Shown: positions 1-9,818 of the stretch, one piece after another
Layout: every line of letters begins with the position of its first letter
How positions within the stretch are numbered: the first letter of the stretch is position 1
From: Thermodesulfobacteriota bacterium
Lineage (GTDB): Bacteria; Desulfobacterota_D; UBA1144; Nemesobacterales; UBA2774
Assembly (NCBI GenBank): GCA_963422265.1
Contig: OY729416.1
Coordinates: 704,001-768,000, forward strand
Direction: 5' to 3'
DNA: 64,000 nucleotides
Notes under the pieces: generated by a model
What the model was told of the DNA's origin: nothing
The model's input: the letters and a program-made list of their open reading frames with translations, nothing else
The model's database searches: none
Made by a program: the position numbers and the translations under genes

Positions 1-1316
1 TCGTCCCCAACCCTTTGCCACACAGGTCTTATGATGTGAACCATCTTCCAATGCGCTACCCACTTTCCACTGGCGCCCTCTTTCTGTTCCCTAACCGCCC
101 CGGCGAGCGCTTTCTCCATACTACTCTTAACACCCTCTTCTGCACCTACTGGAATATTGGGCTCCATCCCACCCTGCCATAAAGCAAAGTTGCCGTTCAC
201 GTCAGGGATATTCACAGCCCGTCTTGCGCGGTCCTCGTAATTCCTCATATAACCATAAGTCATGGTGATTGATTCTATATTGGGATTAACGAAATCTATA
301 TCCCAAGCCATAGCGTCTGAGACACTGTTTATATAGTCCCACCTTCCCGTGTTGAATCCCACGAAATGCCTGCCTAAAGCCGCTCTGATCTCCATTAGTT
401 GGAACGTCGCCTCAATCTGTTCTATCAACACATAAACCTTAATGGTGCCGACTGGAATATCGAGATGATCTTCTAAAGCGGAAATGAGCTGATTCCAGAA
501 AGAGGCTTCCTCGGCCGTTTGAATCTTAGGCAGATACAACACTATAGAAGAACCCGTTTTATCAAGCGTCTGGTAGTTGTTCACTACGTAAAGTGCCAAG
601 TCCGCTATTGAAGCCGAAAGCGCTAGACCATTCTCGTCCCGTATATGCCTATCGTCTAGGTGTAAACCGCGGGTGCGGAAAATTTTAGTGGTAAAATCAA
701 GCTGTTTACGCCAGTCGCTTATTATCTCTTTATTGAAAAAACCCGTAGCCCATTTGTTCATCCCTTTAGATACCTGCTCGGCAATGTTCAAAAAAACAGG
801 GTCTTTACTAATGGCTAGTTTTAGATTTCTCTGGTTATCAAGGGACATAGACGTAATTTGTCCCAGAGCGTCCTCACCATCAAACATCCATCCATCTGCG
901 CCGGATAACAAAGCGTAGGCTACGTTACGTATGCTCTTTTCAACCGGCGAATTAGGCTTAGCAGCTGGTCCAGTTCCCTGCACCCATTGTCTCTGTAAAT
1001 CATGAGGAATTTCAGAACCGACAAACTTTCCATCCCTTGCATCTTGAACCACTATATTTGTACTCGGTATAAAGTCGTTAGGATCAAGGAATCTAATTCT
1101 CTCCCTGTTCCTAAACCTCTGCACCCTTCTGGCGTATCGTTTTTCCATAAGCACCTTCTGATCCTTATTAAAAACGGACAGTGCCTTGAGGGCATCAACA
1201 ACCTCGGGGGTATATATATCGGTATATTCACTTTCCAGACCATCTCTTATCTGTAAACCTCTTGGGACTGAAATAGTTTTTGATGCTTCATTAGATAATC
1301 TGCGAACGGTACTCAT
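1..1316 (-). CDS. aceB: Malate synthase (3' end runs off the window's left edge; absent from the ORF track)
   Basis: Manual translation from ATG at 1316 (AAGGAG/GGGG upstream): MSTVRRLSNE...ALLSGADGWMFDGEDALGQ...YVLIEQIEATFQLMEIRAALGRHFVGFNTGRWDYINSVSD...GASGKWVAH. DxED, GRWDY and GKWVAH are malate synthase motifs. Confidence 0.88.
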   Translation of the reverse strand, partial: MSTVRRLSNEASKTISVPRGLQIRDGLESEYTDIYTPEVVDALKALSVFNKDQKVLMEKRYARRVQRFRNRERIRFLDPNDFIPSTNIVVQDARDGKFVGSEIPHDLQRQWVQGTGPAAKPNSPVEKSIRNVAYALLSGADGWMFDGEDALGQITSMSLDNQRNLKLAISKDPVFLNIAEQVSKGMNKWATGFFNKEIISDWRKQLDFTTKIFRTRGLHLDDRHIRDENGLALSASIADLALYVVNNYQTLDKTGSSIVLYLPKIQTAEEASFWNQLISALEDHLDIPVGTIKVYVLIEQIEATFQLMEIRAALGRHFVGFNTGRWDYINSVSDAMAWDIDFVNPNIESITMTYGYMRNYEDRARRAVNIPDVNGNFALWQGGMEPNIPVGAEEGVKSSMEKALAGAVREQKEGASGKWVAHWKMVHIIRPVWQRVGD

Positions 1317-1397
1317 ATTCCCCTGCTCTCCTTAAAATATTGGGTTATTAATTTAATCGGCTTCTTACTTCGTAAAACTATAGAGAAATGACGCAAG

Positions 1398-1425
1398 ATT
1401 ATAATACAAGTTCTGGTTAAAGCAA
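1398..1425 (-). promoter_or_regulatory. Candidate sigma70 promoter for malate synthase
   Basis: Minus strand TTGCTT-16 nt-TATAAT, about 80 nt upstream of the start codon. Confidence 0.45.
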
Positions 1426-1462
1426 ATAAAATCTTAACATTACTCTGATTAAATATGGAAAC

Positions 1463-1510
1463 TCGTTCCCCGGACCCCTTTTTAGATTCCTGTTCGGAAG
1501 TGGGAACGAC
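1463..1510. repeat. Degenerate REP-like palindrome
   Basis: GATTCCTGTTCGGAAGTGGGAACGAC resembles the cleaner hairpin at 23798-23819; TCGTTCCC (1463) can pair with GGGAACGA (1502). Confidence 0.5.
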
Positions 1511-1705
1511 GATCTCCTCATATCATCCACCTTATAACTCCCACCCATTCAATCGTTTTGATGAAAGAGAGAAACTTGTATATCTACTTATAGGGGTCCA
1601 GAAACTCTGAAAAGCTATCCTCGAGAAGGTGAAAAATAAAGAGAATCTGAAACAAATTCAGGGTGGTTTAAGGGTATATTTAAATAGCTTTTACACAAGA
1701 AATGG

Positions 1706-3106
1706 CTAGCTTAGGTCTTCTTTTAGACTCTTAACTATTCCTTCCACCATTTTCTTTCCATCCCCGAAAAGCATAAGGGTATTGTCCGCAGCGAATAGAG
1801 GATTAGGAATACCAGCGAATCCTGGACTTAGACTTCGCTTGATCACGACAACCGTCTTTGAGTAATCTACATCTAAAATTGGCATCCCCGCTATTGGGCT
1901 CTGAGGATCCGTCCTTGCAACTGGGTTAACCACATCGTTCGCTCCAATAATAATAGTAACATCAACCTGCCTAAAGCCAGGGTTAATATCATCCATATCT
2001 TTAAGCCTGTCATAAGGAATATCAGCTTCTGCAAGAAGAACATTCATATGTCCAGGCATACGTCCCGCCACGGGATGCACACCGAACTCAACAATAGCGC
2101 CATGACCCTCTAGCAAGTCGAAAAGCTCTCTTACCGCGTGCTGCGCCTGAGCAACCGCCATTCCATAACCGGGGACTACGCATACCTTTTTAGCTCCCTC
2201 AAGAAGCATCGCAACCTCTTCGGGGGAAGTCGCTTTCACCTTGCCCTTATAAACGTCATCTGCTGAAGGTCCCCCTTCAACGGCGCCAAAAGTGCCGAAT
2301 AGGACATCAGTCAAAGAACGGTTCATCGCTTTACACATTATTATCGTTAATATGATTCCCGATGCTCCCACCAAAGTTCCCGCCACGATAAGCACAGTGT
2401 TATGAAAGACAAACCCCGTTGCGGCAGCGGCTAATCCAGAGAATGAATTTAAGAGAGCTATAACGACCGGCATATCCGCCCCGCCTATTGGAATCACAAA
2501 TAGAATTCCCAGTACGGAAGCAGCTATAACCATCAGCCAATACAATGTTGAAGATCCAGGATAAACCACCATAAAGTAGGCAAAAACCAGCGTTAAAAGT
2601 GCTAGAATGATTTTGACTATTTGATCTCCGGGATAGCGGACTGATCCCTCATCCGCGAGACCCTGAAGCTTGCCGAATGCGACAAGACTTCCCCAGAACG
2701 TAACCGCACCTATGAGCCCAGAAACAAACGTAGCAATAGAAGACTGAGGGTTCACCGATTCAGGACCTATTAGGATGGACGTTTCAAGTAATGCAGCCCC
2801 TGCAACTAAGACGGATGCTATTCCACCGAACCCGTTATACAAGGCGACTAGCTGAGGCATTGCGGTCATTTGAATCCTGATAGCCAAAGCGGATCCTATT
2901 CCACCCCCAACTATGATCCCAGCGAATATTATCCAGTAACTGACGATATTCTTATGAAGCAAAGTTACCAAGACGGCTAAGAGCATTCCCAGAGCGCCGA
3001 GCAGGTTTCCCCTGACTGCCGTTCTAGGATGGGAAAGCCCCTTGAGGCCAAATATAAACAAAGCCGCAGCTATTAAATAGATGATGTTGACGAGCTCAGA
3101 AGACAT
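1706..3106 (-). CDS. pntB: NAD(P) transhydrogenase subunit beta
   Basis: Multi-TM N-terminus; GGADMPVV, VPGYGMAVAQAQH, HPVAGRMPGHMNV and GANDVVNP motifs. Confidence 0.97.
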   Translation of the reverse strand: MSSELVNIIYLIAAALFIFGLKGLSHPRTAVRGNLLGALGMLLAVLVTLLHKNIVSYWIIFAGIIVGGGIGSALAIRIQMTAMPQLVALYNGFGGIASVLVAGAALLETSILIGPESVNPQSSIATFVSGLIGAVTFWGSLVAFGKLQGLADEGSVRYPGDQIVKIILALLTLVFAYFMVVYPGSSTLYWLMVIAASVLGILFVIPIGGADMPVVIALLNSFSGLAAAATGFVFHNTVLIVAGTLVGASGIILTIIMCKAMNRSLTDVLFGTFGAVEGGPSADDVYKGKVKATSPEEVAMLLEGAKKVCVVPGYGMAVAQAQHAVRELFDLLEGHGAIVEFGVHPVAGRMPGHMNVLLAEADIPYDRLKDMDDINPGFRQVDVTIIIGANDVVNPVARTDPQSPIAGMPILDVDYSKTVVVIKRSLSPGFAGIPNPLFAADNTLMLFGDGKKMVEGIVKSLKEDLS

Positions 3107-3108
3107 AT

Positions 3109-3390
3109 TTAATCCTTCCTTTTGAACATCTCTAACATTCGGTTGGTCACCATAAATCCACCCACAACATTAATTGTCGCAAGAGCAACTGCAAGAAATC
3201 CAAGCACGGTAGTAAGCAACGTGACCTGAGTCCCCGCTGATAGTATTGCCCCTATTAGAATAATTCCTGATATAGCGTTTGAGCCCGACATTAAAGGGGT
3301 ATGGAGCGTAGGAGGAACCTTAGTTATTACCTCAAAACCCACAAAAGCAGCTAGAACAAATATGGTAAACGCCATTGCAAAGCTATCCAT
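3109..3390 (-). CDS. pntA: NAD(P) transhydrogenase subunit alpha part 2 (membrane)
   Basis: VPPTLHTPLMSGSNAISG, NVVGGFMVTNRMLEMF. Confidence 0.95.
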   Translation of the reverse strand: MDSFAMAFTIFVLAAFVGFEVITKVPPTLHTPLMSGSNAISGIILIGAILSAGTQVTLLTTVLGFLAVALATINVVGGFMVTNRMLEMFKRKD

Positions 3391-3420
3391 TTTGTAGCCC
3401 TCCCGAATTTAGTCCTCTTC

Positions 3421-4569
3421 CTATAATCGCAAACTTTCCCTTACCCGATCGTTGACTACTTTGCCGTCGTCAGTAATAAGAGTTTCCCTTAGTATTTCAT
3501 CCTCTAAATCTATGTAGAGCTTTTCATCTTTAACCATTAAAAGAAGAAGATTTGCAATATTCTTGGAATACATCTGACTCGCATGATAAGGAACGCTTGA
3601 CGGAACGTTTTGCGGACCTATGACAGTTACTCCGTCTTTCCTAATAGTCTTACCCGCTTCCGTAAATTCACAATTACCGCCGCTCTCAGCCGCAAGATCT
3701 ACTATTACGGATCCCTGACCCATACCTGCAACCATCTCCTTAGTAACCAGAATCGGCGCTTTCCTGCCTGGAATTGCCGCTGTAGTTATAACGGCATCGC
3801 TTTCAGCAATAACCTTAGCCATGAGATCCTGCTGCTTTTTGTAAAACTCTTCATCCATCTCTTTTGCGTAACCACCCTCGTCTTCAGAGTCCCCTGCTTC
3901 AAGCTCAAGCTCTACGAATTTCGCCCCCAAGCTCTGCACCTGCTCTTTGACGGCAGGACGAACGTCATAAGCCGAGACTACGGCTCCTAGACGATTGCAT
4001 GTAGCTATCGCCTGCAGTCCCGCCACCCCAGCACCAACAACAAAAACACGAGCTGGTGTGATCGTTCCGGCGGCGGTCATCATCATCGGAAACATTCTTG
4101 CAAGGGATTGCGCCGCTATCAGAGCAGCTTTGTAGCCTGCAATGTTAGCCTGTGAAGAAAGAACATCCATGCTCTGGGCTCGCGTGATACGCGGAACAAG
4201 CTCCAGCGCAAATGCCTTAACCCCTTTTAATGCTAGGGCATTTACCGCCTGCTTATTAGTCAAAGCATCTAAAAGTCCTATTAATATCTTACCTTTCCCA
4301 AGCTTCTTTAGATCCTCAGCGTCACTATCGGGATTGCAACCTACTACCCTTACTTGCAAGAGCACGTCCGCCTTCGCAAATACTTCATCGCGGTCGGAAA
4401 TAACCGCTCCTTGCTCTTTATACATCTCATCAGTAAAGCCCGCTTCTAATCCTGCACCCGACTCTACGCGCACGGTGAAGCCCGCATTACTAAGCGCAGG
4501 TAGTCCACTAGGAATTAATGCCACCCGTCTTTCCCCGGCAAACGTTTCTTTTAAGATTCCAACGATCAT
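3421..4569 (-). CDS. pntA: NAD(P) transhydrogenase subunit alpha part 1 (domain I)
   Basis: ERRVAL, PRITRAQSMDVLSSQ, GAGVAGLQAI, DLAAESGGNCE; likely start MIVGIL at 4569 (ORF track extends to 4596). Confidence 0.96.
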   Translation of the reverse strand: MIVGILKETFAGERRVALIPSGLPALSNAGFTVRVESGAGLEAGFTDEMYKEQGAVISDRDEVFAKADVLLQVRVVGCNPDSDAEDLKKLGKGKILIGLLDALTNKQAVNALALKGVKAFALELVPRITRAQSMDVLSSQANIAGYKAALIAAQSLARMFPMMMTAAGTITPARVFVVGAGVAGLQAIATCNRLGAVVSAYDVRPAVKEQVQSLGAKFVELELEAGDSEDEGGYAKEMDEEFYKKQQDLMAKVIAESDAVITTAAIPGRKAPILVTKEMVAGMGQGSVIVDLAAESGGNCEFTEAGKTIRKDGVTVIGPQNVPSSVPYHASQMYSKNIANLLLLMVKDEKLYIDLEDEILRETLITDDGKVVNDRVRESLRL

Positions 4570-4886
4570 ATTATTGCTTCGACCACCATTCTCCAATTTT
4601 TACATTCCATCTTTACCCTCTTTACATTCCCTTCTTCCCCTTCTTCCCTTTTTCTGTTACCAACAAATAGTTATATCAGTATCTATACCTGTTAGCTTTT
4701 AATAATTCAAGACTATATATCAAATTTGCTTACACATTATATGAAAAGCTATCAAAGATTAGAAATTTTATTCATTAATGAAAACTAGTCAAGTTAAAGC
4801 AAATAAGATTTGCTAAACACTTCCAATGCAAAATTTTTATGATATGATACCCACCTCTAAAAATAGATTTCAATAGGGTTTATATT

Positions 4887-6191
4887 ATGAACATCGCCGT
4901 AATAGGAACAGGATACGTCGGATTAGTCACCGGGGCATGTTTGGCGGAAAGTGGAAATAACGTCATTTGCGTTGATATTGATGAAGAAAAAATAAGGAGT
5001 CTTGAAAAAGCTAAGGTTCCGTTCTATGAACCTGGACTTGAAGATATAGTAAAAAAGAATCTAAGTGAAAAAAGGCTTTGTTTTACCACTGATATTAAGA
5101 AGGCGGTAGAAAATTCTTTAATAATTTTCATTGCCGTGGGCACCCCACCAGGAAAAGATGGCTCGGCGGATACGAGTGCGGTACTTAACGTCGCTAAAAG
5201 TATAGGTGAAAACCTCAATTCTTATAAAATTGTAGCTACAAAGAGCACAGTCCCGGTAGGCACTACAGAGATGATCCAAAATGAAATAAAGAGCACAACG
5301 GACGTTGCATTTGACGTAGCTTCCAATCCAGAGTTTCTGAAAGAAGGGGCTGCAGTTGAGGATTTTATGAAGCCCGACAGGGTAATAATTGGGGTCGAAA
5401 GCAAAGAGGCGGGACAAACCTTAAAAGAGCTTTACGCTCCTTTTATGAGGTCGAGTGAAAGGGCGCTTATAATATCTATAAGGTCATCAGAGCTTGCCAA
5501 ATATACAGCGAACGCCATGCTCGCAACCCGAATCTCCTTTATGAATGAAATAGCTAATCTGTGCGAAATTGTAGGGGCGGACGTCTCTGACGTCAGACAC
5601 GCGGTTGGTGCGGACGAAAGGATCGGTCATCACTTCCTATTTCCTGGAATAGGGTATGGTGGTTCGTGTTTCCCAAAAGACGTGAAGGCGCTGATTAGCA
5701 CAGCCAAAAATTTGGACTATGAACTTAAGATATGTGCAGCTACGGATAAAGTAAATAATAGACAAAGAGAGTTGTTTTGGAATAAGATAGAGAGGTTTCA
5801 TAGCGGTAGCCTGCGCGGAAAAAAGTTTGGAGTTTGGGGCCTGTCTTTTAAGCCCAAGACGGACGATATAAGAGAAGCGCCGGCTATTTTTATAGTTGAA
5901 AAACTTATTGCAGAGGGTGCTAATATAATCGTTCATGATCCGGCTGCCACGAAAAACACAAGAGCGCATTTTGGGAATAGTATCTCCTATGCAAAATCTA
6001 ATTATGGTGCTTGTGAGGGCGCCGACGCGCTTATCATCAACACTGAATGGAATGAGTATCGTCAACCTGATTTCTCGAGGATGAAAAACATTATGGAAAA
6101 ACTCGTGATCTTTGATGGAAGAAACCTCTACGATCCTCAAAAACTTGCAAATATGGGTTTTAAGTATATTGGTGTGGGCATAAGAAACTGA
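4887..6191 (+). CDS. ugd: UDP-glucose/GDP-mannose 6-dehydrogenase
   Basis: GTGYVGL, KSTVPVGT, NPEFLKEG, GYGGSCFPKD. Confidence 0.95.
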   Translation: MNIAVIGTGYVGLVTGACLAESGNNVICVDIDEEKIRSLEKAKVPFYEPGLEDIVKKNLSEKRLCFTTDIKKAVENSLIIFIAVGTPPGKDGSADTSAVLNVAKSIGENLNSYKIVATKSTVPVGTTEMIQNEIKSTTDVAFDVASNPEFLKEGAAVEDFMKPDRVIIGVESKEAGQTLKELYAPFMRSSERALIISIRSSELAKYTANAMLATRISFMNEIANLCEIVGADVSDVRHAVGADERIGHHFLFPGIGYGGSCFPKDVKALISTAKNLDYELKICAATDKVNNRQRELFWNKIERFHSGSLRGKKFGVWGLSFKPKTDDIREAPAIFIVEKLIAEGANIIVHDPAATKNTRAHFGNSISYAKSNYGACEGADALIINTEWNEYRQPDFSRMKNIMEKLVIFDGRNLYDPQKLANMGFKYIGVGIRN

Positions 6192-6198
6192 AGACATA

Positions 6199-8550
6199 AT
6201 GACCAAATCGCTTGTAATCGTAGAATCTCCCGCGAAAGCTAGGACTATAAAAAAATACCTTGGCGAAGGTTTTAACGTAGAAGCTTCATCAGGGCATCTA
6301 ATAGATCTCCCTGTCAGCGAGCTCGGCGTTGATATTGAAAACGACTTCGCTCCCCAATACGTAGTTATAAAGGGAAAGAACAAATTCCTAAATCAACTCA
6401 AAAAAGCCGCTAAGAACGCACATAAAGTCTATTTAGCGTCTGACCCCGACAGAGAAGGCGAGGCGATTGCATGGCACATTGCGGAGAGACTGAACATAAG
6501 AGACAGGTCTGAGAGGATTCTTATTCGCGAAATTACGGAACAGGCGGTAAAAGATTCTATAAATAACCCTACGACGCTTAGCCAAGACCGGTTTGAAGCA
6601 CAGCAAGCCAGAAGAATCCTCGATCGTCTTGTGGGCTATCAAGTAAGTCCGATACTGTGGAGGAAACTCAAGAAGGGCCTCAGCGCCGGAAGGGTGCAGA
6701 GCGTAGCTTTAAGACTCATAGTTGAAAGGGAACGAGAAATCAAGGCTTTCAAACCACTGGAATATTGGACGATAGAATCTAAATTAAAGCGTCCTCAGGA
6801 TAATGAAAATGAGGCTTTCAAGGCTACTCTTACTAAATTTGACAGTAGAAAAACATCTATGTCAAGCGAAGAGCAGGCGAACTCAATACTGAATTCAATA
6901 AAGCACGAGAAATTTACAGTTTCAAAAGTTGAAAGAAAGGATAAGAAAAGAAACGCCCAGCCCCCTTTTATAACCAGCACGCTACAGCGTGAGTCATCAC
7001 TAAAGCTTAGGTTCTCGGCAAAGAGAACTATGGCTCTTGCCCAAAAGCTCTATGAAGGAGTAGAGCTTGGCAAAGAAGGTCCCGTTGGCTTAATTACCTA
7101 TATGAGGACGGATTCCGTGAGGACTTCGGACTTAGCCTTGAGCGAGGTGAGGGCTCACATTAAAGAGTTCTATGGAGAGTCCTATCTTCCTCAAAAGCCC
7201 AATTCATTTAAGATTAAGAAATCCGCTCAGGATGCACACGAATGTATAAGACCTACTTTCGTAAATAAGACCCCTGATTCGGTAAAAGAATTCCTACAAA
7301 AGGATGAACACAATCTTTACAAACTCGTATGGCAAAGATTCGTAGCCTCCCAGATGAGACCAATGATATACGATCAGACAACCCTTGACACTGAGGCAGG
7401 TAGAGGCATTTTCCGCTCCACTGGCTCTATTGTTAAATTTCCCGGTTTTTCCACCATCTACCTTGAAGGTAAGGAAGAGGAGGAAAAACAGGAAAGCGAT
7501 GAAACTAGAAAACTTCCAGAGGTAAAGAAAGGAGATGTCTTAGACCTCCTTGGTATTGAAGGGAAGCAGCACTTTACCCAGCCACCCCCACGATTCACCG
7601 AAAGCTCTCTTGTGAAAGAACTTGAAGACAAGGGAATAGGACGACCTTCAACTTACGCCTCTATTCTTTCTACGATTCAGGATCGGGAATACGTTATAAA
7701 AGAAAAGAACAAGCTTCAGCCAACAACCTTGGGAATATCGGCAAATGATCTCTTAATACAGGGATTTCCTCAAATCATGGACGTAAAGTTCACCGCCAAT
7801 ATGGAAAGCAACCTAGATGACATTGAGGATGGAAACGTCAATTGGATAGAGCTTTTGAAAAGCTTCTATGAAGATTTATCAAGCCGTTTGGAGCAAATCC
7901 AAAAAGGGATTCAAACCGATGTCAAGTGTGATAAATGCGGCGCGCCGATGATAATAAAATTGAGTAGAAACGGGGAATTCTTATCATGTTCAACATATCC
8001 CGAATGTAAGAATGCAAAGCCATTCGAATATGATCCAGACGGCAACGTTAAACTCATAGAAAAGGTAGAGCCAAAGTTAATTGATAGTATCTTGTGCGAT
8101 AAATGCAACTCTCCTATGGCTATTAAAAACAGCAGGAGAGGCGAGTTCCTCGGATGCTCGGCTTATCCTAAATGCAAGAATGCAAAGCCATTCGAATATG
8201 ATCCAGACGGCAACGTTAAACTCATAGAAAAGGTAGAGCCAAAGTTAATTGATAGTATCTTGTGCGATAAATGCAACTCTCCTATGGCTATTAAAAACAG
8301 CAGGAGAGGCGAGTTCCTCGGATGCTCGGCTTATCCTAAATGTAAGAACGCAAAGCCATTCGAATATGATTCTCAAGGTAGGATCAAGGTTCTCGAAAAA
8401 GAGGAGCCACAAATAAGAGAAGATATAAAATGTGAAAAATGTGGAAAGCCCATGGCTTTAAGAAAAGGGAGGTTCGGGAACTTTCTTGGGTGCACCGGCT
8501 ATCCTAAATGTAGAAACGTCATTAAAACCGAGGATGAGATTAGTCACTAA
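6199..8550 (+). CDS. topA: DNA topoisomerase I with four C4 zinc ribbons
   Basis: IVESPAKA, DPDREGEAIAWH, SAGRVQS, ITYMRTDS, GIGRPSTYA. Confidence 0.98.
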   Translation: MTKSLVIVESPAKARTIKKYLGEGFNVEASSGHLIDLPVSELGVDIENDFAPQYVVIKGKNKFLNQLKKAAKNAHKVYLASDPDREGEAIAWHIAERLNIRDRSERILIREITEQAVKDSINNPTTLSQDRFEAQQARRILDRLVGYQVSPILWRKLKKGLSAGRVQSVALRLIVEREREIKAFKPLEYWTIESKLKRPQDNENEAFKATLTKFDSRKTSMSSEEQANSILNSIKHEKFTVSKVERKDKKRNAQPPFITSTLQRESSLKLRFSAKRTMALAQKLYEGVELGKEGPVGLITYMRTDSVRTSDLALSEVRAHIKEFYGESYLPQKPNSFKIKKSAQDAHECIRPTFVNKTPDSVKEFLQKDEHNLYKLVWQRFVASQMRPMIYDQTTLDTEAGRGIFRSTGSIVKFPGFSTIYLEGKEEEEKQESDETRKLPEVKKGDVLDLLGIEGKQHFTQPPPRFTESSLVKELEDKGIGRPSTYASILSTIQDREYVIKEKNKLQPTTLGISANDLLIQGFPQIMDVKFTANMESNLDDIEDGNVNWIELLKSFYEDLSSRLEQIQKGIQTDVKCDKCGAPMIIKLSRNGEFLSCSTYPECKNAKPFEYDPDGNVKLIEKVEPKLIDSILCDKCNSPMAIKNSRRGEFLGCSAYPKCKNAKPFEYDPDGNVKLIEKVEPKLIDSILCDKCNSPMAIKNSRRGEFLGCSAYPKCKNAKPFEYDSQGRIKVLEKEEPQIREDIKCEKCGKPMALRKGRFGNFLGCTGYPKCRNVIKTEDEISH
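8008..8342 (+). repeat. Tandem 168-bp duplication (56-aa zinc-ribbon unit) inside topA
   Basis: 8008-8174 is identical to 8176-8342 by direct reading; a partial third copy follows. Confidence 0.95.
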
Positions 8551-8651
8551 ATTCATTCTAAAACCCTTGTCGGTTGACTTAGCTGATCCTTTACCTTACA
8601 GTTTTAGTTTTACTATAGATAATCTAACTGACTAACCAAGACCATTTAGAA

Positions 8652-9710
8652 ATGGAAAGGCATTCTAGGCAAATAGATCTGGGTGGCGTCAAAGTAGGTG
8701 GGGGCTCTCCCGTTACTGTCCAGTCTATGACAAAGACGGACACAAGGGATATCCCCACCACCGTAGCTGAAATAAAACGTTTGGAGCAAGCTGGCTGCGA
8801 TATAATCCGACTTGCGGTGCCTGACATGGATTCTGCTAAATCACTTGGAGCAATTATTGAACAAACCAGCATACCTATTGTTTCAGATATACATTTTGAT
8901 TACCGATTAGCACTCGAAGCGGTCAAGCAAGGCGTCCACGGCATGAGGCTTAATCCGGGCAACATAGGCGCCAAATACAGAATTAAGGCAGTGGTAGATG
9001 CCGTTAGAGAAAGAGGAATACCAATCAGAATCGGTGTCAACTCTGGTTCACTTGAAAAAGACATTTTAAGAAAACATGGTTCTCCCACGCCTCAGTCTCT
9101 AGCGGAAAGTGCCTTAAGGCATGCCCAGATATTAGAGGACATGGATTTTAGGGACATTAAAATCTCAGTCAAGTCAACTGATGTAAAAAAGATGATAGAG
9201 TCCTATAGGATTTTAGCTGAAAAGTGTGATTATCCTCTCCACCTAGGCGTAACCGAGGCTGGCACCTATGAGCTAGGCGCTATCAAATCCTCAATCGGCA
9301 TTGGAACCCTTCTCGCTGAAGGGATAGGAGATACAATTAGGGTTTCCATAACGGGCGACCCTGTAGATGAAATCTTAGTAGGACTCAACATACTTCGCTC
9401 ATTAGGACTAAGAAGAAATGGAATTGAACTCATATCATGTCCTGGGTGCGGCAGACTTGAGATTGATTTAGTAAAGCTCGTGCGAGACGTAGAAAGAAGA
9501 ATCTTAAACTTGGAACTCCCGAGACCAATCAAGGTCGCTATCTTGGGATGCGTCGTGAACGGCCCTGGCGAGGCATCGGAAGCCGACATAGGAATTGCAG
9601 GTGGCAGAGGAAAGGGAATGCTATACAAAGATGGGAAACTCGTGCGCTCCTTCAAAGAACACCGAATAGTAGATGAACTAGTTAAAGAACTAGAGAATTT
9701 TGCCGTTTAG
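8652..9710 (+). CDS. ispG: HMBPP synthase (MEP pathway)
   Basis: VQSMT, DIHFDY, RLNPGNIG, RIGVNSGSL, HLGVTEAG, SCPGCGR, GCVVNGPGEA. Confidence 0.97.
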   Translation: MERHSRQIDLGGVKVGGGSPVTVQSMTKTDTRDIPTTVAEIKRLEQAGCDIIRLAVPDMDSAKSLGAIIEQTSIPIVSDIHFDYRLALEAVKQGVHGMRLNPGNIGAKYRIKAVVDAVRERGIPIRIGVNSGSLEKDILRKHGSPTPQSLAESALRHAQILEDMDFRDIKISVKSTDVKKMIESYRILAEKCDYPLHLGVTEAGTYELGAIKSSIGIGTLLAEGIGDTIRVSITGDPVDEILVGLNILRSLGLRRNGIELISCPGCGRLEIDLVKLVRDVERRILNLELPRPIKVAILGCVVNGPGEASEADIGIAGGRGKGMLYKDGKLVRSFKEHRIVDELVKELENFAV

Positions 9711-9818
9711 GCGCTGACTGCTCTCACAATAATCCTGTGTAATCCCGTTCAGAAAAAAAACTTGCTCATAATGTTGCGGCATATTATTATTAAGATGGTT
9801 TTATGTTACTTTTAGAAT

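Noticed and set aside
673-1256. Short ORF-track entries at the left edge
   Set aside because: They overlap the long malate synthase frame, which the track missed because its stop lies outside the window.
5637-6383. Long antisense ORFs (also 4142-4702, 25214-25780, 27555-28070, 46232-46858)
   Set aside because: They are shadows of well-supported genes on the opposite strand and have no motifs of their own.
8008-8370. Repeat as a possible CRISPR array
   Set aside because: It is an in-frame coding tandem repeat with no spacers and no cas genes.
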